A DNA stretch of 64,000 nt. It comes from the human T2T-CHM13v2.0 reference genome, Homo sapiens. Below, one piece after another: positions 42,331 through 55,060 of the stretch. A program made the position numbers and the translations under genes. The DNA lies in assembly GCF_009914755.1 (NCBI RefSeq), contig NC_060930.1, one strand, 5' to 3'. Numbering within the stretch: the first letter of the stretch is position 1; each line of letters starts with the position of its first letter. The notes below the pieces were generated by a model, which did not search any database, was not told where the DNA came from, and saw nothing but the letters and a program-made list of their open reading frames with translations.

Positions 42331-44454
42331 CACTGTGCAATTTCTCCAAGAAACATTGCTTTATAAGATTTGGCAACTGTCTGTTTCTCTGTTGGTGAAA
42401 AATAGATATGGTATAGGGAGTGGGTATGTCTTAGAGATTTTTATTTAAAAAAAAAGAGGAAGACTTAGCCGCCTGTGCCCTCAAGAACTTATTGTGGCAA
42501 TAACTGCTCAATCAGTAGGGTTTACATTGACTGTGGTAAGTAGGAGGAGTAGCTGTGGGGACCTGTCTATGTGGTTCATGGAATGGGCATCTAGTATGGC
42601 AGGGAGGAAGATTTTCATGGAGGTGGTGATGGTATGGCTGACCCCTGAAGACGTGTGTTGGAGGCAAGTGTGTCATCAATTTGGCCAGCCTGGAGTGGGA
42701 ATACATTTTGAAAAGTCCATAGAACACTAATACATGGAGAAATAAGAATAGATTGGAATCTGTGGAAATGGTGTTTAATCTTTCAGTAAACTCTATTAAT
42801 TGATATCCGAAGTGTTAGTAGCTAGAGGTTACAAGGGTAATGACTGTAACTTTTCCCGCTTGTGACTTGGCATTGTTGTTACTGGCAATGGAAAGGCCGA
42901 ATTTAAATCACAGTCATCGGCCTTCTAAAGTGAGTGGTTCAGAATTTAATCAAGGTGTGAGCTATGGGGGTTGGTTACTATGTGAGCGAAATCAACACCT
43001 ATGTCACAAAGTCTGATGAAGAGAGAAGCCTTTGCCAGTCAGCATTAGGGAGGCACTGGTTACTGCCAATGTCCCTGAATGTTCTTGACCAGTTCTGCTT
43101 CTTTAGCAGGATCAGTCTGTTGATGTGTTCACGTACAAGAAGAAAAGCACAACCAAGAAAGCCAGCATGCCTCCTGGAAAGCTAGATGGTTTCATGGTGG
43201 TGACATCAATCTCCAAACTAATCTTCAATTTCAACAAGCAGCAGGTATAGGCCCAGCCTGTTGGCCATTATCTTTGGATATACCACAGAGACCACACCTG
43301 GCTGCCTTTTGACACTTCATCAGTGTCACCTACAACCACACTCTTCAAATAGCCTGCTAGAAATGAATTCCTAGGGCAGAGCTAGGACATGATGAACTGG
43401 GCTTGTTGCAATTCAACTAAAAAGCATGGATATGTGCAGAGGGAATGGGAGCAGTGTTTTGCAGGGAAACCACTTTAAAACTGGAGTTTTATAGGCTTAG
43501 GTTTTGTGAGTTTCATATTTGTGTTTAATTGTGCATTTTAGCCTATTACGTGATTATTAATTAATATTATTACTTACATTCAGCAAATATTAATTGAGCA
43601 CCAAGAATGTGCAAAGCACTGTTGGGGTGATGCGGGGAATTCAAAGGTGACAATACTATGAATGTGCCCTAATGGAAATTACAGTCTGGAGAAAGATAAA
43701 CACACACACATCCACAGATCCATCCATTCATAGATATATATGTAAGTAAACATAACATTTCAGCATCATATGAATGCCAAAATGAAATACAAACCTGTGG
43801 GAGCACCAAGGAGAGAACTATTCATTTTGACTGAGGTATTGGAGTATCTTTCAGCCGTAACTGAATGTGAAGGATAGGTAGGATTTTACTAGGCAGAGCC
43901 ACAGTGTGGACTGTATACTGGAAGCTAAGGGAACTGGACTGTGAACTCCACAGGGATACTGTCCATTTATAAGCTTTTTGTATATTCAGCAGCTTGCTAT
44001 AAATATTTATTGAATGAATGCATGCATGAAACAGCATTAGCAAAATCTCAGAGTGACAAAAGTGCGAGGTTTGGATTGGTGAGTGGTCCACTTTGGGCGG
44101 CAATGGGATGGGAGAAATGAAGCATAAGGTTGGGCTGAGCTGTTGAGGAACTTCCCTGTGGTACTAATGAGTTTAGAATTCATTCCAGAAACTGGGACCT
44201 GTCAGATATATTTGACCTGGAGAATTACCTAACCCTGTTTATTTAATGAAGCTCCTTCACATTTTTAACATTTTTGGATTTCTTTCCCATTCTCTCTTCA
44301 GGAGTTCCTAATCTCTTTATCCATAGTCACCCCTTTTACTGTATCCCACCTTATCCTCCAGCTTTGAAGCTTTGGATTGAAAAGCTTTGCTACATTGCTT
44401 CAGTGATAATCAGTTCATTTTCCTCTTTTCATTGATCAAAGGCACATAACTCAG

Positions 44455-45476
44455 TGTACTAGTCCATTCTCACATTGTTATAAAGAAATACCAGAGACTG
44501 GGTAATTTATAAAGAAAATAGGTTTAACAGGCTCTTGGTTCTACAGGCTGTACAGGAAGCATGGCAACGTCTGCTTCCAGGGAGGCCTCAGAGAGCTTTT
44601 ACTCTTGGTGGAAGGCAAAGTGGTGATCCAGCACTGAATATGGCCAGAGCAGGAGGAACAGAGAGCAAGGGCGGAGGTGCCACACACTTTTAAACAACCA
44701 GATGTTTTGAGAACTCACTATACATTTCCAAGGGGGCATGGAGCCAAACCATTCATGAGAAGTCCACTGCCGTATTCAGTCACCTCCCACCAGGCCCCAC
44801 CTCCAGCACTGGGGATTACAATTCAACATGAGATTTGGGTGGGTACGCATATCCAAACCATATCATTTGGCCCCTGACCCCTCCCCAAATCTCATGTCCT
44901 TCTCACATTTCAAAATACAATCATGCCTTCCCAACAGTTCCCCAAAGTCTTAACTCATTCCAGCATTAACTGAAAGGTCCAAAGTCTCATCTCAGACAAG
45001 GCTAGTCCCTTTCACCTGTGAGCCTGTAAAATCAAAAACTAGTTAGTTACTTCCAAGAACTAATTTATAAAGAAAATAGGTGTTTTTAATAAAGAAAGGT
45101 TTTTTTTATAAAGAGGTAATTTATAAAGAAAAGAGGTTTAATTGGCTCACAGTTCTGCAGGCTATGCAAGAAGCATAGCACCATCTGCTTCTAGAGAGGC
45201 CTGAGGGAGATTTTACTCATGGTGGAAGGCAAAGCAGGAGCAGGCATCTTACATGGCAGGAACAGGAGCAAGAGAGCGCGTACGGGGAGGTGCCATACAC
45301 TTTTAAACAACCAGATCTTGTGAGAACTCACTCACTGTACAAGGGGGGATGCTGCTACACCATTCATGATGACTCCAACCCCATGACCCAATCATCTCCC
45401 ACCGGGCTCCACCTCCAACACTGGGGATTACAATTTGACGTGAGATTCACTGGGGACACAGATCCAAACCGTATCA
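44455..45476 (-). mobile_element. Internally deleted MST (MaLR) provirus: LTR 44455-44865, ~190 bp of internal sequence, truncated LTR to 45476
   Basis: Two MST-type LTRs with MST-int text between them (CCCCAAATCTCATGTCCTTCTCACATTTCAAAATAC); shared TSD CTCAG (44450-54, 45477-81). Confidence 0.85.
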
Positions 45477-45527
45477 CTCAGGAACCGGATAAACCAGCAA
45501 GGGTTAAGCATGGATTTAACTCCTGAC

Positions 45528-45901
45528 TGTATTAGTTTGCTATGCCTGCCCTAATAAAATACCACAGACTGAGTGGCTTCAACAACAGAATTTTATTTTC
45601 TCACAGTTCTGAAGGCTTGAAGTCCAAGATCAAGTTGTGGACTTCTGAGGCCACGTGCCCCAGCTTGCAAATGGCCACCTTCTTACTGTGTCCTCACGTG
45701 GTCACCCCTCTGTCTGTATCTTGCCTGTGTCCTAATCTCCTCTTCTTATAAGGACACCAGTCATATTGTATTGGGACCCATCCTGTGACCTTATTTTACT
45801 GTAATCACCTCTTTAAAGGCCCTGTCTCCAAATACAGTCACATTCTGAGGGTCAGGACTTCAACATATTAACTTTAGGGGGATGCAGTTCACCCCATAAG
45901 A
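45528..45901 (-). mobile_element. MLT1A/B-like solo LTR
   Basis: TGTATTAGTTTGC...AATACCACAGACTGAGTGGCTT; TSD CTGAC (45523-27, 45902-06). Confidence 0.82.
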
Positions 45902-46224
45902 CTGACCTGAGGAGTTAATCCAGGCTGTACCACCTGACTTAGAAAGTTATGTTGTCAGTGGTTAAGTTAATCCCAGTCACATGTGGTAGGAATTGGAGCT
46001 TGAATCTAACAGCTGATGAAACTAGGTGGTTGCCTAGTGAAAGTGGTCTCCTCTAAATAGTTCAGTTTCTACCACATGCAGGAGCAGTCACTATTGCAAT
46101 AACTTTAAGTAGGCTTGGAAAAGATGAACATAAATCCACTGCACATTTGCATGGCATTTATTAGAGAATAACCCCCTAAACAAGGGCCAAACAGTACCAT
46201 TGATGAAATAAATCTCAGACTCCC

Positions 46225-46440
46225 AATTCACATGGTCCTGACTCCATCACTTTTGACCTGTGTGACCTCAGCCAGATTGCTTCAGCTTTCCCTGCCACTG
46301 TTTCCTTATAGATAAATCTAACATAACAGTGTTTCCTCCTGCCTAGAACTATTCTGAGGATTAAGTCAGAAAATGTATGTAGAGCACTTAGCTTAGTGGT
46401 TGGTACATAGCAAGCACTTAGTAAACTATTATGTATTCAG
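46225..46440 (+). mobile_element. MIR
   Basis: CTGTGTGACCTCAGCCAG...TGAGGATTAAGTCAG...GGTACATAGCAAGCACTTAGTAAA. Confidence 0.7.
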
Positions 46441-49429
46441 TGTTAGCTTTTATTAAAGATGAAAATGGCAGATCTATTCACAGGCATGTTAGCAATAAAA
46501 CTACTAGGGAAATATTAGTATTTGCAGTTATATTTATGTAAATCAAATAAGTTTTCATAGGTTGGCAATCATGTTTTTAAAATATTATAAATATTGTTCT
46601 TCTAACCTTATCAATTAAGACATAGATTTTATTCTTATCTATACCCCAATATTATTCAAGAATAACTTTAATTGGTCTTAATCCAAGAGTTCGATGAATA
46701 CCAATTTAAATGTAATTTAGGTGTATTTATCTTCTAGAATTGAACATTCTCTTCCGCTAATAGTATAAACTTTAATTGTCTTATAATGTATACACGCAGA
46801 TGAACTATTCCTTTGTGTTGCTAAGATATATAGTATGATTGGACACTGTTATTGTTTCATTACAGACAACCTCATAGGAAGCCTTCCAGAAGGTTTGCAT
46901 AAAGGAATATAGCACACATAGAAAATGCTGAATAAACTCATCAGTAATGATTTCCTTGGGTCATTTTTACTTTCTGCCTACTTCATCTCCACCTCTAAGT
47001 AAAGCATTTCATTTTATTAATGTTTTTCATACCACTTATTTTGCTAGTATTATACTCATTTTAGAACATTTTTAAATATCCAATAAAAATGAATTGGGCA
47101 CTTACAAATATTTTGTACTATAAGACTGTTTTTGAATATTGTCATTAAAGCAGTTATTTCAGGATTTCCCAGTTTATACAATGCATATGGCAACTGAGAT
47201 ACTTATGATCTGTATTATGTGTTTATAAGAATAAAGTTAGTAAAAAAGATTTATTCTAGAAATCAGTTGAGAAGACATTTAAAAATGTCATGTGCAGTTG
47301 GGATTCTTCAGCACCTTTTCTTATGGTGTTTCTTTTTTTATTTTCTTAAAGTATGTTTTTACCATATATGGGGACGATTTTTTCCCCCTGGTATTTAGGC
47401 TTTGCGTAAACTCCAAACAGAACTATCAAACAAACATATTAGAGGTTTCACTGCAGAAAGGACAATATTTATTTTTTGTGTTTGAGATTTCTGTGCAGTA
47501 ATAATTAACCTTAGATTTTGAACTATCATTGGAGGTGTTGTGGACAGGAAACACATTGATACTGGAGGAGAAATTATTTTTGGCAATACGGTAACTTACC
47601 ACCTTGTGCACACAAGCACTGCCCATGTGCAGGGACGTTTTACTTGTCAAGATTTACCTCGGAAGAGCATGGTGTGTGCGCAGCACAAAGGCGGCAGGTG
47701 CGGATGGCTTTTTTCTCAGTGATAGGGCATGTCAATTCTCATTTCCTATATGCTGAGGAGCACAAAGGGAAGCAGCCGGCATTGCCCTCTGGGGCCAACC
47801 AGCTCCTTCCTTCCCCTCGCATCTTGGAGATATGCCATCCTGCCCAAGTACCTGCCTCCTGAGCCACAACTGGCTTGTGGTTTTGCTTTTTGTCTTTGTG
47901 GTCCTTGTTGAGGTTTGTGCACTTAATAAGCAGAACCACCAGTGAGAGGCAAACCTTGCAGACAGGGGAATTCCTGCAAAAGCTAAGAATCACCGACTGA
48001 AAAGAAGAGAGCAAAGGTGCAAATGGCTTGGGGTGGAGTTGAGGAATTGCGGGACCAGGCCGTGGTTCCCAAACACAGAGAGAAAAAGCACATTCAGGGT
48101 TCTGAGCCCCAGGCATTTTGCGTAATCAGCCTTCTTTGCTGTTTCTACTGTTTGATGTCTTAATCTGTTATTCTGGGACCTATAAAATTGTGGAACACAA
48201 ATCCAAGTTAATCCAAGTTAACCTCTGAACTTGACCTACTTTCATTTAGAATTAGCCTTATTTAAAGTTGTAAACTACAATCATGACTGAAGCACACTAA
48301 ATAGTGTTCTGTTTATAAAACATAAACCTTTTTCTCTTTACTGTAAATCCTTTCTGGCTGAAGAGGTCTATATAAGAAAACCAGGATATATTTTTCAGTT
48401 ATCCCAGGACATTTAAACTTTTGAGGATTTAAAAATGATAGTCTTAAAAGTTTTTTTTTTTTTGTCAATTTTAGAGATGATAGAGGTTCTTTAGGTTCTA
48501 AAAAATTACTTGATTAATTTTGGTTCTGATGTTTTAGAAAAATATTTTAATCCTGTTTATGTGAATAAAGTCCAGTCCACATGTGAAATTACACTGAAGC
48601 CATAATAATCAGTTATGATTATGTAAATTGTAGAACTGATTTTGGCTAAGCATTTCAAAATCCTGCCCAAAATTGCAGTATTTAATTGTAATCTTAGATT
48701 ATTACCAGGATAATGGCTGTTTTAAATCTTCTTATTTCCATATAATGTGAAGGCAGGCCCATGCCTTACTCATCTCATCTGCCCCAGGCCCGGCATAATG
48801 CCTGGTACCTGGCGGGCACCCAGTGAGTGTTGCTCTGAATGGAATGCTCACTAGGACACATTCCTCCATTTTCATTTTGCCCATCAGTGCAAACAAACCT
48901 ATCAACCAACATTCATGTCAGAACTTATTACTCATTATTGCAACTGTAGGATGGCTTCCCATATAAGAGCTTGGCCAAAATCAACAAAAAACATTCTGTG
49001 AGGATCAATTGGATATATGAAGTTGATAATGAGGGATATTATAGAGTTTATTTATTTTGTAAATTGTGTGCTACATAGCCTTATATTTTCGGTCTAGAAA
49101 AAATTAATTTTATTTAAAGATGAGTAATAAAACGACCCATAATAGAAATTTGTACGAGATTATATCATCAAACAGTTTTAAAAAGGAGGAAATAGGAGAA
49201 TTATACTCAATATAATAATTTCTCTTGGAGAAGATAAACATACTGAAAAATTTTGTAGAAATTCATTGGAGTAATCATTTCTATAGAATAGGATCACAAA
49301 AGAGATAGTAAAACTAACTATAACGTAGACATTACCAGAAAACAAATGTTTGTCTCTTTTTTCATTGCTCTATTACTATCCCCTAGAACAGTGACTGGCA
49401 CATAGAGTTTCATATATATATTTAAAATA

Positions 49430-50085
49430 ATTAATTTTTATTTCAGTTTTGGAGGTACTAGTGTTTTTTGGTTACATAGATAAATTCTTAAGTGGTGATT
49501 TCTGAGATTTTGGTGCACCTGTCACCTGAGCAGTGCACACTGTACCCATTAGGTAGTCTTTTATCCCTCACTCACTCCCTCCCACCTTCCCCCACCTCCC
49601 TGAGTCCCCAAAGTCCATTATATCATTCTTATGCCTTTGCATCCTCATAGCTTAGCCCCCACTTATAAGTGAGAACATATGATATTTGGGTTTCCATTCC
49701 TGAGTTACTTCACTTGGAATAATGACCTCCAGCTCCATCCAAGTTGCTGCAAAAAACATTATTTCATTCATCTTTATGGCTGAGTAGTATTCCACATCCC
49801 ACATTATCTTTATTCACTCATTGGTTATGAGCACTTAGGTTGGTTCCATATCTTTGCAATTGCAAATTGTGCTGCTATAAACAAGTTTGTGCATGTGTCT
49901 TTTTCATATAAAGACTTCTTTTCCTTTGGGTAGATACTCAGCAGTGAGATTACTGGATCAAATGGTAGTTCTACTTTTAGTTCTTTAAGGAATCTCCATG
50001 CTGTTTTTCATAGTTGTTGTACTAGTTTACATTCCCACCCACAGTATCAAAGTGTTCCCTTTTCACCACATCCACACCAACATCT
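49430..50085 (-). mobile_element. L1PB/L1MA-like 3' end
   Basis: GGTGATTTCTGAGATTTTGGTGCACC, CCCACTTATAAGTGAGAACAT, GGATCAAATGGTAGTTCTACTTTTAG. Confidence 0.85.
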
Positions 50086-50287
50086 ACATAGCCTTTCTAT
50101 CAGTACGGTTTATAACATAGTTATAATGAGGTTATGAATGGGTCCACGTGCATACATTTTTCCTCCCGGAGAGCCAGTTGTTAAACATTTAGCCCTGCAC
50201 TACCGAGAGGGCATTTTTATTATGGTTACTTCTAGTTCAGATTTTGGCTAGTAAATGTTAACCAAAGTTCTTTTGAACTGAGATTCA

Positions 50288-50799
<512 letters not shown>

Positions 50800-50904
50800 C
50801 TAGTCTGACATCAGGAAGGTAGAGGACAGGATTTGCAAGAGCATCAGTGGTGGCAGAAGACAGCGAGGAGAGAGTCACCAGGAGTCCAGCCGAATGAGGA
50901 GCCC

Positions 50905-51310
50905 TGTATTAGAGAAATAAAACCTAGAGGATGTGTGTCTCCCCTCTCCCCCTTCCTCCTCCTCCCCGCCTCCTCTCTTATTTTAACTGGTGACACCATT
51001 GTGGGGCAGACTGGCAGCTGCAGATCCAGGGATCCAAGAAAGCTGATGTTGCGGTCTTGAGATTGAGGGCAGTCTAAAAGCAGAATTCCTTTTTTCTTGG
51101 GGGACTTTAGTCTTTTTCTCTTAAGGCCACCAACTGATTGGATGATGCCTACCCACATTATGCAGGCTAATCTGCTTTATTCAGAATCTACTGATTTAAA
51201 TGTTAATCAACATCTAAAAACTATTCACAACAATGTCTAGACTGATGTCTTACAAAAATAAACTGGGCACCACAGTCAAGCCAAGTCGACACTTAAAATT
51301 AACCATCAGA
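50905..51310 (-). mobile_element. MLT2-like (ERVL) solo LTR
   Basis: AACTGATTGGATGATGCCTACCCACATTATG and ACTGATTTAAATGTTAATC; ends AAAATTAACCATCAGA; TSD AGCCC. Confidence 0.82.
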
Positions 51311-51687
51311 AGCCCCAGTGTAGATTCTCAGCCTAGCCCATAAGGAGGGCCAGGAGGGCAGGTCATCTCCTCCCACAGTGTGGACATGACCCGGGGTACC
51401 TAGAATAGAGGTGAAGGACTGCAAGAGGAATGTGGAGTTCAGAACCCTGTGATGCCATTAGCTAGTTTTGTTTTGGGCCTGAGGGCGGTGAGCCCTTTTA
51501 CCTTTCCAGCCTGAGTTTTCTGCTGGGTGAAGTGAGAGCACTTGTAGAGACATGATGAGTCACGGGCGAAAGGACTGTGTTCTTTTTTCTCGTGGCACCC
51601 TTTTTGAAGCAAAATCTCATGTGAAATCCAAACCTCCCCATACAGAGTTCAAAGTACCTTGTCTAAATGAATGGTTGGGGCAAGGAC

Positions 51688-52366
51688 TGTAACCACCCAA
51701 GGGCTTTACCTTGCCTGCTGCCTAGACAGAGCCGATTCATCAAGACAGGGGAATTGCAATGGAGAAAGAGTAATTCACACAGAGCCGGCTGTGCGGGAGA
51801 CCAGAGTTTTATTATTACTCAAGTCAGTCTCCCCGAGCATTCAGGGAGCAGAGTTTTTAAGGATAACTTGGTGGGAGGGGCGACGCCAGTGAGCCAGGAG
51901 TTAGGGTTAAAATCATAGGAAGTTGAAGCTGTCTTTTTGCGCTGAGTCAGTTCCTGGGTGGGGGCCGCAAGATCAGATGAGCCAGTTGATTGATCTGGTT
52001 GGTGCCAGCTGATCCATCAAGGGCAGGCAAAATATCTCAAGCACTGATCTTAGGAGCAGTTCAGGGAAGGTTAAAATCTTGGTCACCTCTATCTGCATGA
52101 CTCCTAAACCATAATTTTTAATTTTGTGGCGGATGTTAGTCCTACAAAAGCAATCTAGTCCCCAGGCAAGAAGGAGAGGTCTGCTTTGGGACAGGGCTGT
52201 TACTGTCTTTGTTTAAACCATAAACTATAAACTAAGTTTCTCCCAAAGTTAGTTCAGCCTATGCCCAGGAATGAACAAGGACAGCTTGGAGGTTACAAGC
52301 AAGATGAAGTCAGTTAAGTTAGATCTCTTTCACTGTCTCAGTTATAATTTTGCAAAGGCGGTTTCA
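51688..52366 (-). mobile_element. 3' LTR (LTR8)
   Basis: Minus strand begins TGAAACCGCCTTTGCAAAATTATAACTGAGACAGTGAAAGAGATCT and is preceded by the PPT-like AAAGGAAGGGAT (52367-52378). Confidence 0.9.
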
Positions 52367-53215
52367 ATCCCTTCCTTTGGGTTTTATAACATCTTAATTT
52401 TAAGGTATAGGCTATGAAGACAGGAAATGGCCATTGATCGCTTTGACTTCTTCCTGCTTACAGGGGACGTAGTGGGAATGGGAGTGAACCCCAAGGTGAG
52501 AAGCGTGTAACCGCTTTGTAATTGTCTGAGCGTGCTCATGCAGCCCTGGTTGAGCTTCCAAGGCTTGCAGGGCAAACATTAGTATTTTTATTTATAGTGT
52601 TACTACAGTGTTTAAGTGAACAGCCTACTATAAGGTAAATAACAAGTCCTAGGATGAGGAGTACAATTTTCGATTTTAAAAGCAAAGATTTGAAAACATT
52701 AGTTTGGGGATTTTAACCTGCACATAATTTAGAATTTAGTTTAAACTGCAGAAAAAGCCTTAAGAACAGCTAACAACAGTGTACTATAGTTTTTCTTTTG
52801 AAGCATAATTTTTTTCTTTAGTCCCCATTTTTATTAAAAACAAATCATGATAGAACTGATTTGTTTACAAAATAAACTTTAGTCTTTCTGTACTTGGCCT
52901 GATTATTTGCATGAAGTGTAGCAAGAATGATTATTTTTTACTTAGGCTTTTTAAATTGGCTTTGATAGAACTTTATTCTATGAAGAATTTTAGATAAGAC
53001 TTTTTGAAAGTCGAGCCTAGCCATGGTTTGTATCCTTAAATATCTACGAGTTGGGCAAATTCCTTTTCTCTGGAGGTCCTAAGATAATCTGGGGTTCCTA
53101 GGCCTGTTAGAAAGTGATATTTTTTATTTACCACAGGTCAGGAACCTTGTACAGGGACTCTGTGTGGACAAGGTATGAGGCCAGATGCCGTAACGGGCTT
53201 TAATTGGCTCTGTAA

Positions 53216-53573
<358 letters not shown>

Positions 53574-54761
53574 AAGAAAACAGATTTTTATTGTAATATG
53601 CAATTAACTATACTGCCATAAATTGGGAATACTTACAAATAGTTTTTAAATTCTGGAGAAATAAGGTAGAGAGAAACAAAATATGCTTTAAGTTTTGTTT
53701 ACAGGAGCATATTTTACTTGTTAAAAGTTGCAAATAGCTTTAAAGAAATAAGTTTTTTTGACTTTGAAAACAAAAGGTTTAGCAATGTTTAATGCATTAG
53801 CTTTTTATGAGAGTCCAAGAAGTTTTTTTTTTAATTCCAGTAGCACAATTTTTAAAGTTATTTGAGAGCTGCACATAGAGCCTTATATTTGATTATAAAC
53901 TGCCTTTTGAAAAGGACCAAAGCAAGACAAAATATCTGTGGATGACAAGTCTGTAGCTATTATTAAAGCTATAATGGACTAGGAATTTTGGTTACTTCTG
54001 TGGCATGCAACAATTTTACATAATTATAATTATTGATAATGTACACTAAATTATATTAACATTACAGAATTTTTCTATAATTTTGGAATATATATAATAA
54101 CATATTTATACAAATACAGTCCAAAGAAAACCAAACACCATTCACTCTTTTATTTGAACAGGTTTTTTATTCTAATGTTATAATTTTCCAAAGTTATTTA
54201 TCAGAAACCCACATTTAAGAGCACCTGTTAAATTTTATAGCTGATTATACAATTATTTTTTAAAGAGGACCAAAGTGAGACAATAACTGTCTGTGGATGA
54301 CAGAAACATTTTAGAGCAGCCACAGTTAAAGTCACAATTGATGAGGAAATTTACCTCTGTGGCACATAGTCATTTAACATAATAATTGTAATTATTACTG
54401 ATAACATATAGTAAGTCATATTAGAATTATAGCAGTTTTACATAATTTTGGAATATATACCAATAACACATTTACACAAGTATAGACCAAAGAACGCTAA
54501 ACGCCGTTTTATATTTGACAATGCTTTCTGTTTGATTTTTGTACCAAATAAGCCAAATGCCATTTTTAGACTTTAGAGGACCTAATATCTAAAATATTAG
54601 GTTTGAAAGAGACATGATTTAAAATTTGATTTTGGAAAGTTTGTTAAATATTAAAGGTTTAAAACACTGGATATCACGAAATAGAATTCCAGGTCACCAT
54701 AACCAAAGTTATTCATTTGGCCAAAATGGTAACTCCAAAAAAATTTTTAAAACAGAAAACC

Positions 54762-55060
54762 GGCTGGGCGCGGTGGCTCAAGCCTGTAATCCCAGCACTT
54801 TGGGAGGCCGAGGCGGGCGGAACACGAGGTCAGGAGATCGAGACTATCCTGGCTAACCCGGTGAAACCCCGTCTTTACTAAAAATACAAAAAAAAAATTA
54901 GCGGGCGTGGTGGCGGGCACCTGTAGTCCCAGCTACTCGGGAGGCTGAGGCAGGAGAATGGCGGGTGAACCCGGGAGGCGGAGCTTGCAGTGAGCCGAGA
55001 TCCACTCACTGCACTCCAGCCTGGGTGACAGAGAGAGACTCCGTCTCAAAAAAAAAAAAA
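54762..55060 (+). mobile_element. AluY-like element inside the provirus
   Basis: GAGATCGAGACTATCCTGGCTAAC, GGAGCTTGCAGTGAG; TSD AAAA(C/G)AGAAAACC. Confidence 0.93.

Noticed and set aside
42893-42924. AAGGCCGA...TCGGCCTT stem
   Set aside because: An 8-bp stem is expected by chance in 64 kb.
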